A stretch of 64,000 bases of DNA from Planctomycetota bacterium (GTDB lineage Bacteria > Planctomycetota > UBA1135 > UBA2386): the NCBI GenBank assembly GCA_965662465.1, contig CBFIIO010000016.1, forward strand, positions 7,587 through 71,586, in the 5' to 3' direction. Below, one piece after another: positions 28,492 to 37,170 of the stretch. The translations under genes were made by a program, and so were the position numbers. The notes under the pieces are model-generated. The model was not told the DNA's origin. It worked only from the letters and a program-made list of their open reading frames with translations, and did no database searches. Numbering within the stretch: the stretch's first letter is position 1; every line of letters starts with the position of its first letter.

Positions 28492-29846
28492 GCTGACGGT
28501 TTCTTGGTCAGGCGTTCTATGAGGTCGAGTTTGGTAATGATGCCCTTCACGTGGCGATCCTCGTCAACAACGAGCGCGACCTCTCCTCGCTCGAAGATAT
28601 GCGGAAGTTCTCTCGCGTCCGCATGGGGAGCAATGGTCGAAACTTTGCGAACCATGATCTCAGCGATCGAGGTTGCTGGAGAGGCGCCTTCAACGATTAC
28701 GCGTAAGGCGTCCGACTCAGTGAGAATGCCGGCCAGCTTGCCATCATCGGTGACAGGGACTTGTGAGAAGCCTGCTTCCTTAAACATCGTCACCGCTTTA
28801 CTAAGCGGGTCGGCAACATCGACGCTGCGGACGGTGCGCTGTGGCATCGAGCGCAACAGCTCCTCGACGGTGCCCACTGCCCAGGATTCTTCAAGGAAAC
28901 CGTTCTCGCGCATCCAGCGGTCATCAACATACTTGGTTAGGTAGTTGCGAACACCGTCGGAGAGAATGCAGGCAATGCGTGCTCCCTTCGGGAAGTCCTT
29001 CGCTACTTGCATTGCTGCCCATGCAGCTGCGCCGCACGAACCGCCGACTAGCAAGCCTTCTTGTCTGATCAATTGGCGAGCTGTGCGGAAGCTGTCGCGG
29101 TCGTTAGAGCGAACCCACTGATCGACTAGGTCGCGATCAAACACATCAGGGATGAAGTCGTAGCCAATGCCTTCGACCTTGTAGCTTTTGATCTCGCTAG
29201 GACCTGCCAGGATCGAGCCTTCGGGGTCGACGCCAATGATCTTGCAGTTCGGCATGCGTTTCTTGACCACGCGCGCGACGCCAGTCAGCGTTCCGCCGGT
29301 GCCGGCCGTGATGACTACCGCGTCGAGGTTGTCTTCAAATGCGTCACAGATTTCGACGCCAGTACCTTCTTCATGGGCAATTGGGTTCGACGGATTCCCA
29401 TACTGGTCGAGAATGTGCGAGTTCGGGATTACTTCCCGCAATCGTTTGGCGACGCTGATGTGGCTTTCTGGTGCATCCCATGCGGCTTCGGTCGGGGTCC
29501 GAATAATTTCCGCACCGAGTGCCTCAAGGACCACCTGCTTTTCGCGCGACATCTTCTCAGGCATCGTGATGATGACCCGGTAGCCACGCACCGCAGCGGC
29601 CAAAGCTAGGCCGATGCCGGTATTGCCCGAAGTCGGCTCAATTAGTGTGTCGCCTGGCTTGATGCGGCCCGATTTCTCAGCGTCTATTAGCATTCGGACG
29701 CCAATACGGTCCTTAACGGAGCCTCCAGGGTTCAGGAACTCACACTTAGCGTAAAGCTCTTGATCTAGGTGGCGGCCAATACGGGCCAGGCGGACGATTG
29801 GAGTATTGCCAACCGTTGAGAGGATCGAATCGTGAATGCGCGTCAT
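28488..29846 (-). CDS. cbs: Cystathionine beta-synthase (PLP) with C-terminal CBS domain pair
   Basis: KCEFLNPGGSVKDRIG, EPTSGNTGIGLA, GTGGTLTG, KVEGIGYDFIP, GLLVGGSCG and a C-terminal CBS pair. Start placed at MTRIHDS (track start 29891). Confidence 0.9.
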   Translation of the reverse strand: MTRIHDSILSTVGNTPIVRLARIGRHLDQELYAKCEFLNPGGSVKDRIGVRMLIDAEKSGRIKPGDTLIEPTSGNTGIGLALAAAVRGYRVIITMPEKMSREKQVVLEALGAEIIRTPTEAAWDAPESHISVAKRLREVIPNSHILDQYGNPSNPIAHEEGTGVEICDAFEDNLDAVVITAGTGGTLTGVARVVKKRMPNCKIIGVDPEGSILAGPSEIKSYKVEGIGYDFIPDVFDRDLVDQWVRSNDRDSFRTARQLIRQEGLLVGGSCGAAAWAAMQVAKDFPKGARIACILSDGVRNYLTKYVDDRWMRENGFLEESWAVGTVEELLRSMPQRTVRSVDVADPLSKAVTMFKEAGFSQVPVTDDGKLAGILTESDALRVIVEGASPATSIAEIMVRKVSTIAPHADARELPHIFERGEVALVVDEDRHVKGIITKLDLIERLTKKPSA

Positions 29847-29999
29847 AATGTGCCTGCGAGAGACCCTGAGATCTAACCAGGATGTGGCCAATAAGGGAAT
29901 GACCTGGACTGTTCAGATCGCAGTCTTCGGGTCGGGATTTGTTTTCTTTCGATACGCTGCTTGTTCAGCTGACCTCTTGCCCGCATCGTCTTTTGGGCC

Positions 30000-31799
30000 G
30001 TGAATGAGTCTGAGTCCAATAGCGTCCCGCCCTCCAATTCCAGCTCACCGAGCGAGCCGACTGAGGCGCCACCGAAGGCTTCTAAGCCTTCGGTAGCATC
30101 TGAGCCTTCGGTGGCATCGGGGTCTGCGGATTCCTCTGCTCCTGTGGCCAGTCCAGATTCCGCTTCTGGCGGTCAGGTTGGCGGTGCACCTGAGGCTGCT
30201 CCTGTCCCTGGCGAACGATCGCCAGGCGATTCCGAGGGGCAAGATTCCGATGGCCAAAAGCGTCGTCGCCGGCGCCGTCGTCGCCGCAAGGCTGCAGTGG
30301 AGGTCGTGGCAGGGGCTGATGGAGATCATCCACAGAGCGCGGGTCCGGACTCTGGTCAGAGTGGCGCTGGAGTAAATGGCCCAGCAGATGAAGCCGTAGC
30401 GGATGGCGCGACAGCTGTAGTTGGCGAGTCTGAGGGTCGTCCTGCCCGGGCGAGAAAAAATCGCCCGAAGAAGGAGCGTGGTGGCCGAGATCGCTCCAGC
30501 AACAACGAGCGTGGCAATCAAAAGACGGGGAGCAAGGGTCGTGCTCGACACGACGAGCCACGTAATGACCGCCGCCGTGGGGGCAAGGATTCGCAGCATT
30601 CGGCAACGATTGCTGTTCGGGCGCTGTCTGAGATGGCGCAAGCCTTGTTGCATATAGAAGGTGTTGATCCGTTGGCAATGCCTCGATATCTCGACCTGCA
30701 GTTGCGCGTCCCTCTGGATGGCGGCAATGACGTGCGTCATGCAGCCGGAACTGCCGTCGAGCAGATCTTGAAGCGCGTTCGCGAAGTGCGCGAGCATGAG
30801 CAAGCGCTACGACCAGGTGCAGTCTACAGCTATTTTTCGGACAGCTCCCATGATGAGGGGTGCCGTCCTATCGAGCCCCGCCATGTCTTTGACGGCTACT
30901 CGTCGACTGGCAAGCCAAAGTTCACGGACTTCGTCACGCTCGCGATTGAGCGCAAGGATCCCAATATTGAGCGCATGCTCTCAGGGGAAGACATCGTGTT
31001 GACACAGGTGTCTATGGGGCGCGTGTTGCGTACGCAGCAGCTTGCTGAATTTGGCAGTAACTCCCCAGTCTTCAAGATTCTGGGCCAGGTCGATGCAGGC
31101 TTGTTCCGCGTCCTTGGTGATGCTGGTCGCTGTGCGTTCAGCTTCCAGCTATTGCGTGGAGCGACTCTTGAGGGTCGTGTTCGCTTGCGTCTTCATCCAG
31201 TTGGGGCAGTCGATCCAATGGATCTTGCCGATCCTGCATTGATGCAAATCCTTAGTCGATTCCAGCGCAAACTCGATACCGAAGCACTGCGCTTGGAAGG
31301 CAAGCTCAAGGGTGGAGATGTCGATGAGGAGGAGTTTGTATTGCCATTGCTGCAGGACTTCGCCAAGCAGTTGCAAAGCCGGACCCGCAATACCGGTCGC
31401 CGTACTCAGCATGGCATTGAGCGAAGCGAGGAAGGCCAGCGCCCAACTTCGAAGGCCTATCCAGATGCTGGCGAAGCAAGTGATGACTCGATTCTTTGGG
31501 ACATAGACCAAAGCACGATCGTGGTACTTGGTGCAAAGGGACGAGTTCACGTGTTCTCGCCCCAAGCAAAGCATGTGACTTCCGTTGTAATGCAGCGGCC
31601 AGCTGTTGAGCGTCGTCGTCAGCAAAGCCGCTGGCGATTGGCTGAGCCTGAAGAGCGAGGCGAGTTCCGGATCAGCGTGAAGCAATTGATTGCATCCGGT
31701 AACGACCAGGCTGCAGCCGGCGAGTCGGTTGCGGCAGCGGCTGGCATTGCGTCGCCGCCCGCTGAATCCACGACTTCGGCGAAGGAGCCTAAGACGTGA
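30000..31799 (+). CDS. Hypothetical protein with long disordered Arg/Ser/Pro-rich N-terminus and a globular C-terminal region
   Basis: 599-codon ORF. The first about 200 aa are low complexity (KRRRRRRRRK). Stop overlaps the mog start (GTGA). Confidence 0.75.
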   Translation: MNESESNSVPPSNSSSPSEPTEAPPKASKPSVASEPSVASGSADSSAPVASPDSASGGQVGGAPEAAPVPGERSPGDSEGQDSDGQKRRRRRRRRRKAAVEVVAGADGDHPQSAGPDSGQSGAGVNGPADEAVADGATAVVGESEGRPARARKNRPKKERGGRDRSSNNERGNQKTGSKGRARHDEPRNDRRRGGKDSQHSATIAVRALSEMAQALLHIEGVDPLAMPRYLDLQLRVPLDGGNDVRHAAGTAVEQILKRVREVREHEQALRPGAVYSYFSDSSHDEGCRPIEPRHVFDGYSSTGKPKFTDFVTLAIERKDPNIERMLSGEDIVLTQVSMGRVLRTQQLAEFGSNSPVFKILGQVDAGLFRVLGDAGRCAFSFQLLRGATLEGRVRLRLHPVGAVDPMDLADPALMQILSRFQRKLDTEALRLEGKLKGGDVDEEEFVLPLLQDFAKQLQSRTRNTGRRTQHGIERSEEGQRPTSKAYPDAGEASDDSILWDIDQSTIVVLGAKGRVHVFSPQAKHVTSVVMQRPAVERRRQQSRWRLAEPEERGEFRISVKQLIASGNDQAAAGESVAAAAGIASPPAESTTSAKEPKT

Positions 31800-32329
31800 G
31801 CAAGCCGCGAATTGGTATCGTCACGATCAGTGACCGGGCAAGCGCTGGCGTCTACGAAGACAAAAGTGGGCCCGCCATCGAGTCAGCCCTCAGCGATTAC
31901 TTGGCGACAGAGTGTGTCTTTGAGAAGCGCGTAATCGCCGATGAGCGTGAGTTGATCGGTAGCACGCTGCGCGAGTTGGCCGCGGCAGGCTGCTGTCTGA
32001 TTTGCACTACTGGCGGAACAGGGCCATCGCCGCGCGACCTGACACCAGAGGCAATTCGCGACGTATGTAATAAGGAACTCCCTGGATTCGGTGAGAAGAT
32101 GCGGGCCGCGTCGCTAGATGTCGGTGTCCCAACTGCTATTTTGTCGCGGCAGACTGCCGCCATCTTAGATCGTGCACTCGTCGTTACTTTGCCAGGGAAG
32201 CCGGGCTCTATTCGTGTGTGTCTTGATGCGGTCTTCCCTGCGATTCCGTATTGCATCGACTTGATTGGCGGCGCCCGGCTTGAGGGCAACGCGGAAGTTG
32301 TGCAAGTGTTTCGCCCACCGGGTAAGTGA
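31796..32329 (+). CDS. mog: Molybdopterin adenylyltransferase
   Basis: GIVTISDRASAGVYEDKSG, TTGGTGPSPRDLTPEA, PGFGE, ILSRQTA and LPGKP. Confidence 0.93.
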   Translation: MSKPRIGIVTISDRASAGVYEDKSGPAIESALSDYLATECVFEKRVIADERELIGSTLRELAAAGCCLICTTGGTGPSPRDLTPEAIRDVCNKELPGFGEKMRAASLDVGVPTAILSRQTAAILDRALVVTLPGKPGSIRVCLDAVFPAIPYCIDLIGGARLEGNAEVVQVFRPPGK

Positions 32330-32389
32330 CGACCTGCTTAGTTTGCCGCCAGCCTGCACATTGACCGAAGATTTAGAGATACAGAGACC

Positions 32390-32857
32390 ATGACTGACAA
32401 GCCGAGCAAGGAACAGTTCGTTGAGATGTTGCGCCCATTAGCGGAGACGCTCAAAAGCCTCGATGTGGATGCGGCAGACGCTGCTGCTCAGGCTGAGAAG
32501 CTCGTGGCGTTTGGTGGCCAAGCCATTGCAGGTATCCGCACGGCAGCTATCGCGAGTATTGACTCTGATTGGCTGATGCCAAAGGAGGCTGGCGGAGTTC
32601 GCTTTGGTCGCGTTGCAAAGGAACTGTGCGGCTTTAGCGTCGACTGTGTTTTGATGAACGGTCCAGGCCCTCGTCATCGCCATCCGAATGGCGAGATTGA
32701 TTTATGCTTTGCAACTGACGGTGAGTCTCACTTCGATCGGCACCCAGAAGGATGGGTCGTCTACGGCAAGGGTAGTGTCCACATTCCAACTGTTTCTGGC
32801 GGTCAGATGCTGATCCTCTACTTCTTGCCTGACGGCGCCATCGAGTTCTTGGGCTAG
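32390..32857 (+). CDS. DUF4863 / PnbB-like (hydroxylaminobenzoate lyase-like) cupin-type protein
   Basis: HRHPNGEIDLC...F...GWVVY...SVH.PTV.GG..LILYFLP.GAIEF, recalled as the DUF4863 signature. Confidence 0.72.
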   Translation: MTDKPSKEQFVEMLRPLAETLKSLDVDAADAAAQAEKLVAFGGQAIAGIRTAAIASIDSDWLMPKEAGGVRFGRVAKELCGFSVDCVLMNGPGPRHRHPNGEIDLCFATDGESHFDRHPEGWVVYGKGSVHIPTVSGGQMLILYFLPDGAIEFLG

Positions 32858-32911
32858 CAATCTGTGACTAGGCGCGCGCCGCAGTATGAGCGCGCTGCTG
32901 CACCTGGCTGC

Positions 32912-33931
32912 CTACTTGTGTTCTTCGAGTACTGCTTGGATTGCGTTGGCAACGGTGTCTGTGGGGGCCGACTTGAGTTTCTCTTCAAACCACTCGACGG
33001 CCTGCTTGCCTTCAATTTCATTCACTGCCCGAATGCAAATTGTTAAGAACAGCGGGTTTTGTTGCTCGAGTGGAGGGTTGTCGTAGACCTTTTTGATCGT
33101 GGCTAAAGCTGCCGTCGATTTGCGGCGTCCGAGTTCCTTGATGCAGTCCTGAATCGTGATCGCATCATGCTCTATTCGACTGAGCATGACGTGTAGCGTC
33201 TCTTCTATTTTGGGGTCGTCGCTAAGGATGTAGCGCTGCACATAGTTGTTGAAGCCGGTGGTTGCGAAGGCTGCTTTGTCAGGGATTGGCTGGCCGTTCC
33301 CTTGGACGCGATTGAGGTCGATGCCACGGCTCGACTCAGTCATCAAGATTTGGCGCAGCAATTGACCTGCAAGTGGTTTGTCGTGGGACAGCAGCAAGTC
33401 GGCTGCCATCCAGCGCAATCGCGGTGACGGCAGGCGGCGCCCTTGTAATACGTCTTTGGCGATTTGCTTGCCTGCTGGTCCATTCAGGCGGATCGCGATT
33501 TCCATCAGCACCTTGATCTCGTTGAAGTCTTTCCGTGCATCGACTTCGCGCAGCCGCTTAGTGATCGGTTCCCATGCGGAAGTCCCCAGTGATTCAAAGG
33601 CCCGCACGATTGCTACGAGTTCTTTTTTTGCGTTTTGGAAGTCGGGTTCGGTGATGCGGGCGTTCGCCGTCATCGGCGCGTAGACCTTCAGTTTTTCGAG
33701 CAGTGCGTCAGGTCCTTTGCCAACGGATGTCTGTTCGAGGCGCATTCGGGTTACTTCCCCGAGCAGTTCCGAGAGCGTCTCCCCATTTTTTTGGAGTTGT
33801 TCGCGCTGGGCGGCGAGTGCATTTTCGGCCTTCATTCCGCTGTAGCCAGCGAATGCGAGGGTGCCGATCAAGGCGACGGATAGGAGTGGGGTCACCGTCG
33901 AGCGGCGAGGTTGGGTTGCGGGCAAAGTCAT
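32912..33931 (-). CDS. Hypothetical membrane-anchored coiled-coil / HEAT-repeat protein
   Basis: N-terminal TM (LLSVALIGTLAFAGY), a coiled coil, then helical repeats (LRWMAADLL, CIKELGRR, CIRAVNEI). Confidence 0.65.
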   Translation of the reverse strand: MTLPATQPRRSTVTPLLSVALIGTLAFAGYSGMKAENALAAQREQLQKNGETLSELLGEVTRMRLEQTSVGKGPDALLEKLKVYAPMTANARITEPDFQNAKKELVAIVRAFESLGTSAWEPITKRLREVDARKDFNEIKVLMEIAIRLNGPAGKQIAKDVLQGRRLPSPRLRWMAADLLLSHDKPLAGQLLRQILMTESSRGIDLNRVQGNGQPIPDKAAFATTGFNNYVQRYILSDDPKIEETLHVMLSRIEHDAITIQDCIKELGRRKSTAALATIKKVYDNPPLEQQNPLFLTICIRAVNEIEGKQAVEWFEEKLKSAPTDTVANAIQAVLEEHK

Positions 33932-34407
33932 CTTTCGGAAGTTTAGAGGTTCCGCGAGCGGGGGTCACTGCATGTTCGATGTCGAACATCACGACGTGCC
34001 GAACTGCACTTACATCAGGTTTGAGCGGTCTTGAACAGTCTTGAACAGCCTGAAATAGGGTCGTTGCGATCGGTTGATTAGTCGCAAGTGCATATACTGC
34101 ATTAGTTTAATGCCTCATTCCACCCCTGGAAGAGAGATCCTCAGTTCCCGGCACGGAAATTGTCGGCGGCACCACGTACGGTTGTCTTGTTGCATCTCCT
34201 CGATGTCCTGACAAGCCGGTCTTGCAGCAACTGTCCTGGTATGATTTTGTGGTCAAATCTACGCCTTCACCCTACCTTTTACCGTTCACCTCTCACGGTA
34301 ACCGGGACTGCTGTTATTGCGGCCCCTTGGAAATACGTCGGCTCAGATCAGTGGATCAAATGTCATCTGAAAAGTCTGACTCTGCCAGTTCTCGATACGG
34401 AGCAAAT

Positions 34408-37056
34408 ATGACTGTTGGTTTACGGACAGGATTAGCACTACTCGTTGCCCTGTCCTTTCTTGTGTTGGCTGGTTGTTCTGGCGGTTCCAGTAGCACTGGC
34501 GGCGGAGGTTTCGACTGCAACGGCAACTCAACAGGTGTTCTCTGTCTTGAGCAATGCAACCTCGGTTGTTCGACGACCGGTTGCTCGCGCACCGACATCG
34601 CGCAGAACGAGATCATCATTCTGACCTTCAGTGAGAACCTCGATCCGAACTCAGTCGATGAGTCGTCAATTCGTTTTCGCACTGCCTCTGGTGATGAGCC
34701 AGTGGGCGAGTTCTTTGTGAATGACAATCGAGTTGAGTTTGTGCCGACACTCTCAATTTCAGGCGGCCAAACGTTCTTTGGCTTTACTGGCGGCGAGACC
34801 TACACGATGACGATCCTTGGCGGAGTCGACGAGCAATCTGTTGTTCGTGGCACGTCTGGCCGACCGTTTGGCAACACGCTCACGTGCACGTTGCAGTCGA
34901 CTCTAGGCATTGTCGACCTCAATCAAATCCCGCCGTCGGCGACTTTGATCGTGCCAACTGCAAATCAGTTGACGGCTGCGCCGCTCAACACGGAGATCCA
35001 ACTTGAGTTCAACGAGTTGATCGACGCGACGCCGTTCTTGACCGGTACGCAAAGTCCGGTGTCATTCAGCGTTCGCCGAACCCGTTCCGACGGTATGGGT
35101 GGGTTTGAGTGTGACCCGCAGTCGCAGCCGCAAACCTTAGGTGGTTCGCAGCAGTTGACGTTTGATCCCAGTCGCGGAGTGTCGGTGCTGAACTTCGTTC
35201 CGGCCCAAGACCTGCCGGGTAACGTTTGCGTTGAGATCAGTGTTACGGATGGTGTCACCGACTTGTCTGGCCGCGCTGCGCAGCCGCAAGTTTTTGTGTT
35301 CAGGACGGTGGTTGTGCCGCTCGTCGATGTCGAAATCGTTGAAAACTTCGATGACGACTTAAATCTTGATGTCGACGCATCAGCGGGTTCGTGGGCTGGC
35401 GGTGTCGCTTCGTTCGCGACCATCGGCGGAGATGGCCGACACGGTGACTTCTCTTTGGACTTAGCGGTTGATAAGGACCAAATCGTAAGTGGTAAGCGGC
35501 TGTTCGAGTTCAACTGTGACAGCACGATCATCCCTCCTGAAAACACGACGACTGGATTCGCGACTGCGGTTACCGATGGACGCTTCTTCTTCTCGAAGAT
35601 GGTGCTGCCGGGTGATGTTCGCCTTCGCTTTGTTGGCACCACCCCGCCCGTCTTTACGGTCGCCGGACGCCTTGATATTCAGGGCGATCTAGACCTGCTC
35701 GGTCAGTCGGTTACTACCGCTCAGCTTCCGACTTCGCCAACTGGGCAAGACGGTGCTTTGGGCGGTGTCTACGGTGGCCAAGGCGGCCAGGGCGGCGACA
35801 AGTGTTCCGGTTTCAATTCGCTTCCGTCTTACAGCGGGCGTAACGGTAGTGACGTCAGAGTGATCGCTGGCCATGGCTACTTCAGTGCCACCTCAGGCAC
35901 TGGCGGGCGTGGCTCTGCGCTCTACCCGGCCGATGGCCTCAACACGAGTATGCAGTTTGGGATTCCTAACCCGACTGGCTTGGCTTACTGCCTCTCGGCT
36001 GCCGCTGGCGGCAGTGGTGGCGGCCTCCGGGATCCAGGCTCTCAGGGGCTTGTTGAAGGTATCTTTAGTGCGGGAGTTGCGGTGCCAAACATGAGTACGT
36101 TCATGGGGCCGTCTGCTGCGCCAGGCCAACGCATGGTCTTGTTCCCATTCCCTCCGGCGACTGGCTCGCAGGTTAGCTCACAGCACTTCTTGGTTGGTGG
36201 TTCTGGTGGCGGCGGTTCTGCGAGTGGTTGTGCCCTGTCGATTTCTCTGGCTCGTCAATGGGCATCAGGTGCAGGTGCAGGCGGTGGTGGTGGTGCGATC
36301 GCGTTGCGTTCGGGCGGTTCACTTCGCATTGCCCCTACGGCCAGTGTTCTAGCTGGCGGCGGTTCGGCCTTTAGCGCACCTGTTGGGATTGCTGGTGGTC
36401 CGCAAGTTGTGCCTGCTGGCGGTGGCTCTGGTGGCTCTGTCGTGATTCAAAGCGGTGGTTTGACCGAGATCATCGGCGCGATCAACGTCGAGGGTGGCGA
36501 AGGCGGTCGTTTCGAGAAGCGTGGCGGCAGTGGCATCTTCCCTTCTTCTGGAACGGTTAAGATTAATGGGGGAGATGGCTCTCCTGGGTTCGTTCGCCTC
36601 GAAACGCCAATCACCCCAGATCTGTCTGCTCTGGGTTCGATGTCGCCTGCTGCTAGTCCCGACAACGTCGGGCCGTTGCTGGAGGCTGACAATCTAGTCA
36701 GCGTGCGTTCGCGCTACTACTCGACGAACCTGATCTTTGGCCCGGTGTTCTCACACTATGTGATTGAGGCAACCGTTGATGGCCAGCCAATTGTCTACAG
36801 CGACAATCCAGCGATCTCACCCGTTGAGGCTGGTCAAGGTTCTGCACTCAGAACCTTGTGGCAAGCCGCAGATCTAGACGTCGTGACCGGGGAAGTCTTA
36901 AGCACTCGGCCTTGGCGTCTATCCGTTCGTAGTAGTCAGACGCAGGTCGGAATTGCTTCCGATGGTCTTAATGGCTACCGCTTCATGCTATTGGTTGACC
37001 AGACGCTTGCTACGACAGTCACCATCGATCGCCTTGTTGTGGTTTACAGTAACTGA
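34408..37056 (+). CDS. Large lipoprotein (about 880 aa) with Cys-rich N-motif, two Big_5-like Ig domains and a polyglycine region, type II
   Basis: RBS ggag then ATG 34408 (track start 34222). Lipobox LVLAG-C. CxxxCxxGCxxxGC. ILTFSENLD and QLEFNELID. G-rich tracts. Ends IDRLVVVYSN. Confidence 0.8.
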   Translation: MTVGLRTGLALLVALSFLVLAGCSGGSSSTGGGGFDCNGNSTGVLCLEQCNLGCSTTGCSRTDIAQNEIIILTFSENLDPNSVDESSIRFRTASGDEPVGEFFVNDNRVEFVPTLSISGGQTFFGFTGGETYTMTILGGVDEQSVVRGTSGRPFGNTLTCTLQSTLGIVDLNQIPPSATLIVPTANQLTAAPLNTEIQLEFNELIDATPFLTGTQSPVSFSVRRTRSDGMGGFECDPQSQPQTLGGSQQLTFDPSRGVSVLNFVPAQDLPGNVCVEISVTDGVTDLSGRAAQPQVFVFRTVVVPLVDVEIVENFDDDLNLDVDASAGSWAGGVASFATIGGDGRHGDFSLDLAVDKDQIVSGKRLFEFNCDSTIIPPENTTTGFATAVTDGRFFFSKMVLPGDVRLRFVGTTPPVFTVAGRLDIQGDLDLLGQSVTTAQLPTSPTGQDGALGGVYGGQGGQGGDKCSGFNSLPSYSGRNGSDVRVIAGHGYFSATSGTGGRGSALYPADGLNTSMQFGIPNPTGLAYCLSAAAGGSGGGLRDPGSQGLVEGIFSAGVAVPNMSTFMGPSAAPGQRMVLFPFPPATGSQVSSQHFLVGGSGGGGSASGCALSISLARQWASGAGAGGGGGAIALRSGGSLRIAPTASVLAGGGSAFSAPVGIAGGPQVVPAGGGSGGSVVIQSGGLTEIIGAINVEGGEGGRFEKRGGSGIFPSSGTVKINGGDGSPGFVRLETPITPDLSALGSMSPAASPDNVGPLLEADNLVSVRSRYYSTNLIFGPVFSHYVIEATVDGQPIVYSDNPAISPVEAGQGSALRTLWQAADLDVVTGEVLSTRPWRLSVRSSQTQVGIASDGLNGYRFMLLVDQTLATTVTIDRLVVVYSN

Positions 37057-37170
37057 TTGTTGCTCTTGGTTTGAGTGATTGCTGGTCAACGTCAGCTTCA
37101 CCTGCTCCGTTTGATCCGCACTTAGTATTTGCTTCGCATTCAGTAATCGACTGATCCTTTTCGTCTCATT

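Noticed and set aside
30045-30803. Long antisense ORFs (here 252 aa; also 12198..12950, 1491..2189, 34965..35642, 56031..56681, 51155..51823)
   Set aside because: They lie wholly opposite well-supported genes, have no recognisable motifs, and are expected shadows in GC-rich coding DNA.
34149-34164. Sigma-54-like CGGCACGGAAATTGTC upstream of the second lipoprotein locus
   Set aside because: The near-invariant -12 GC is GT. Kept only as a weak possibility.
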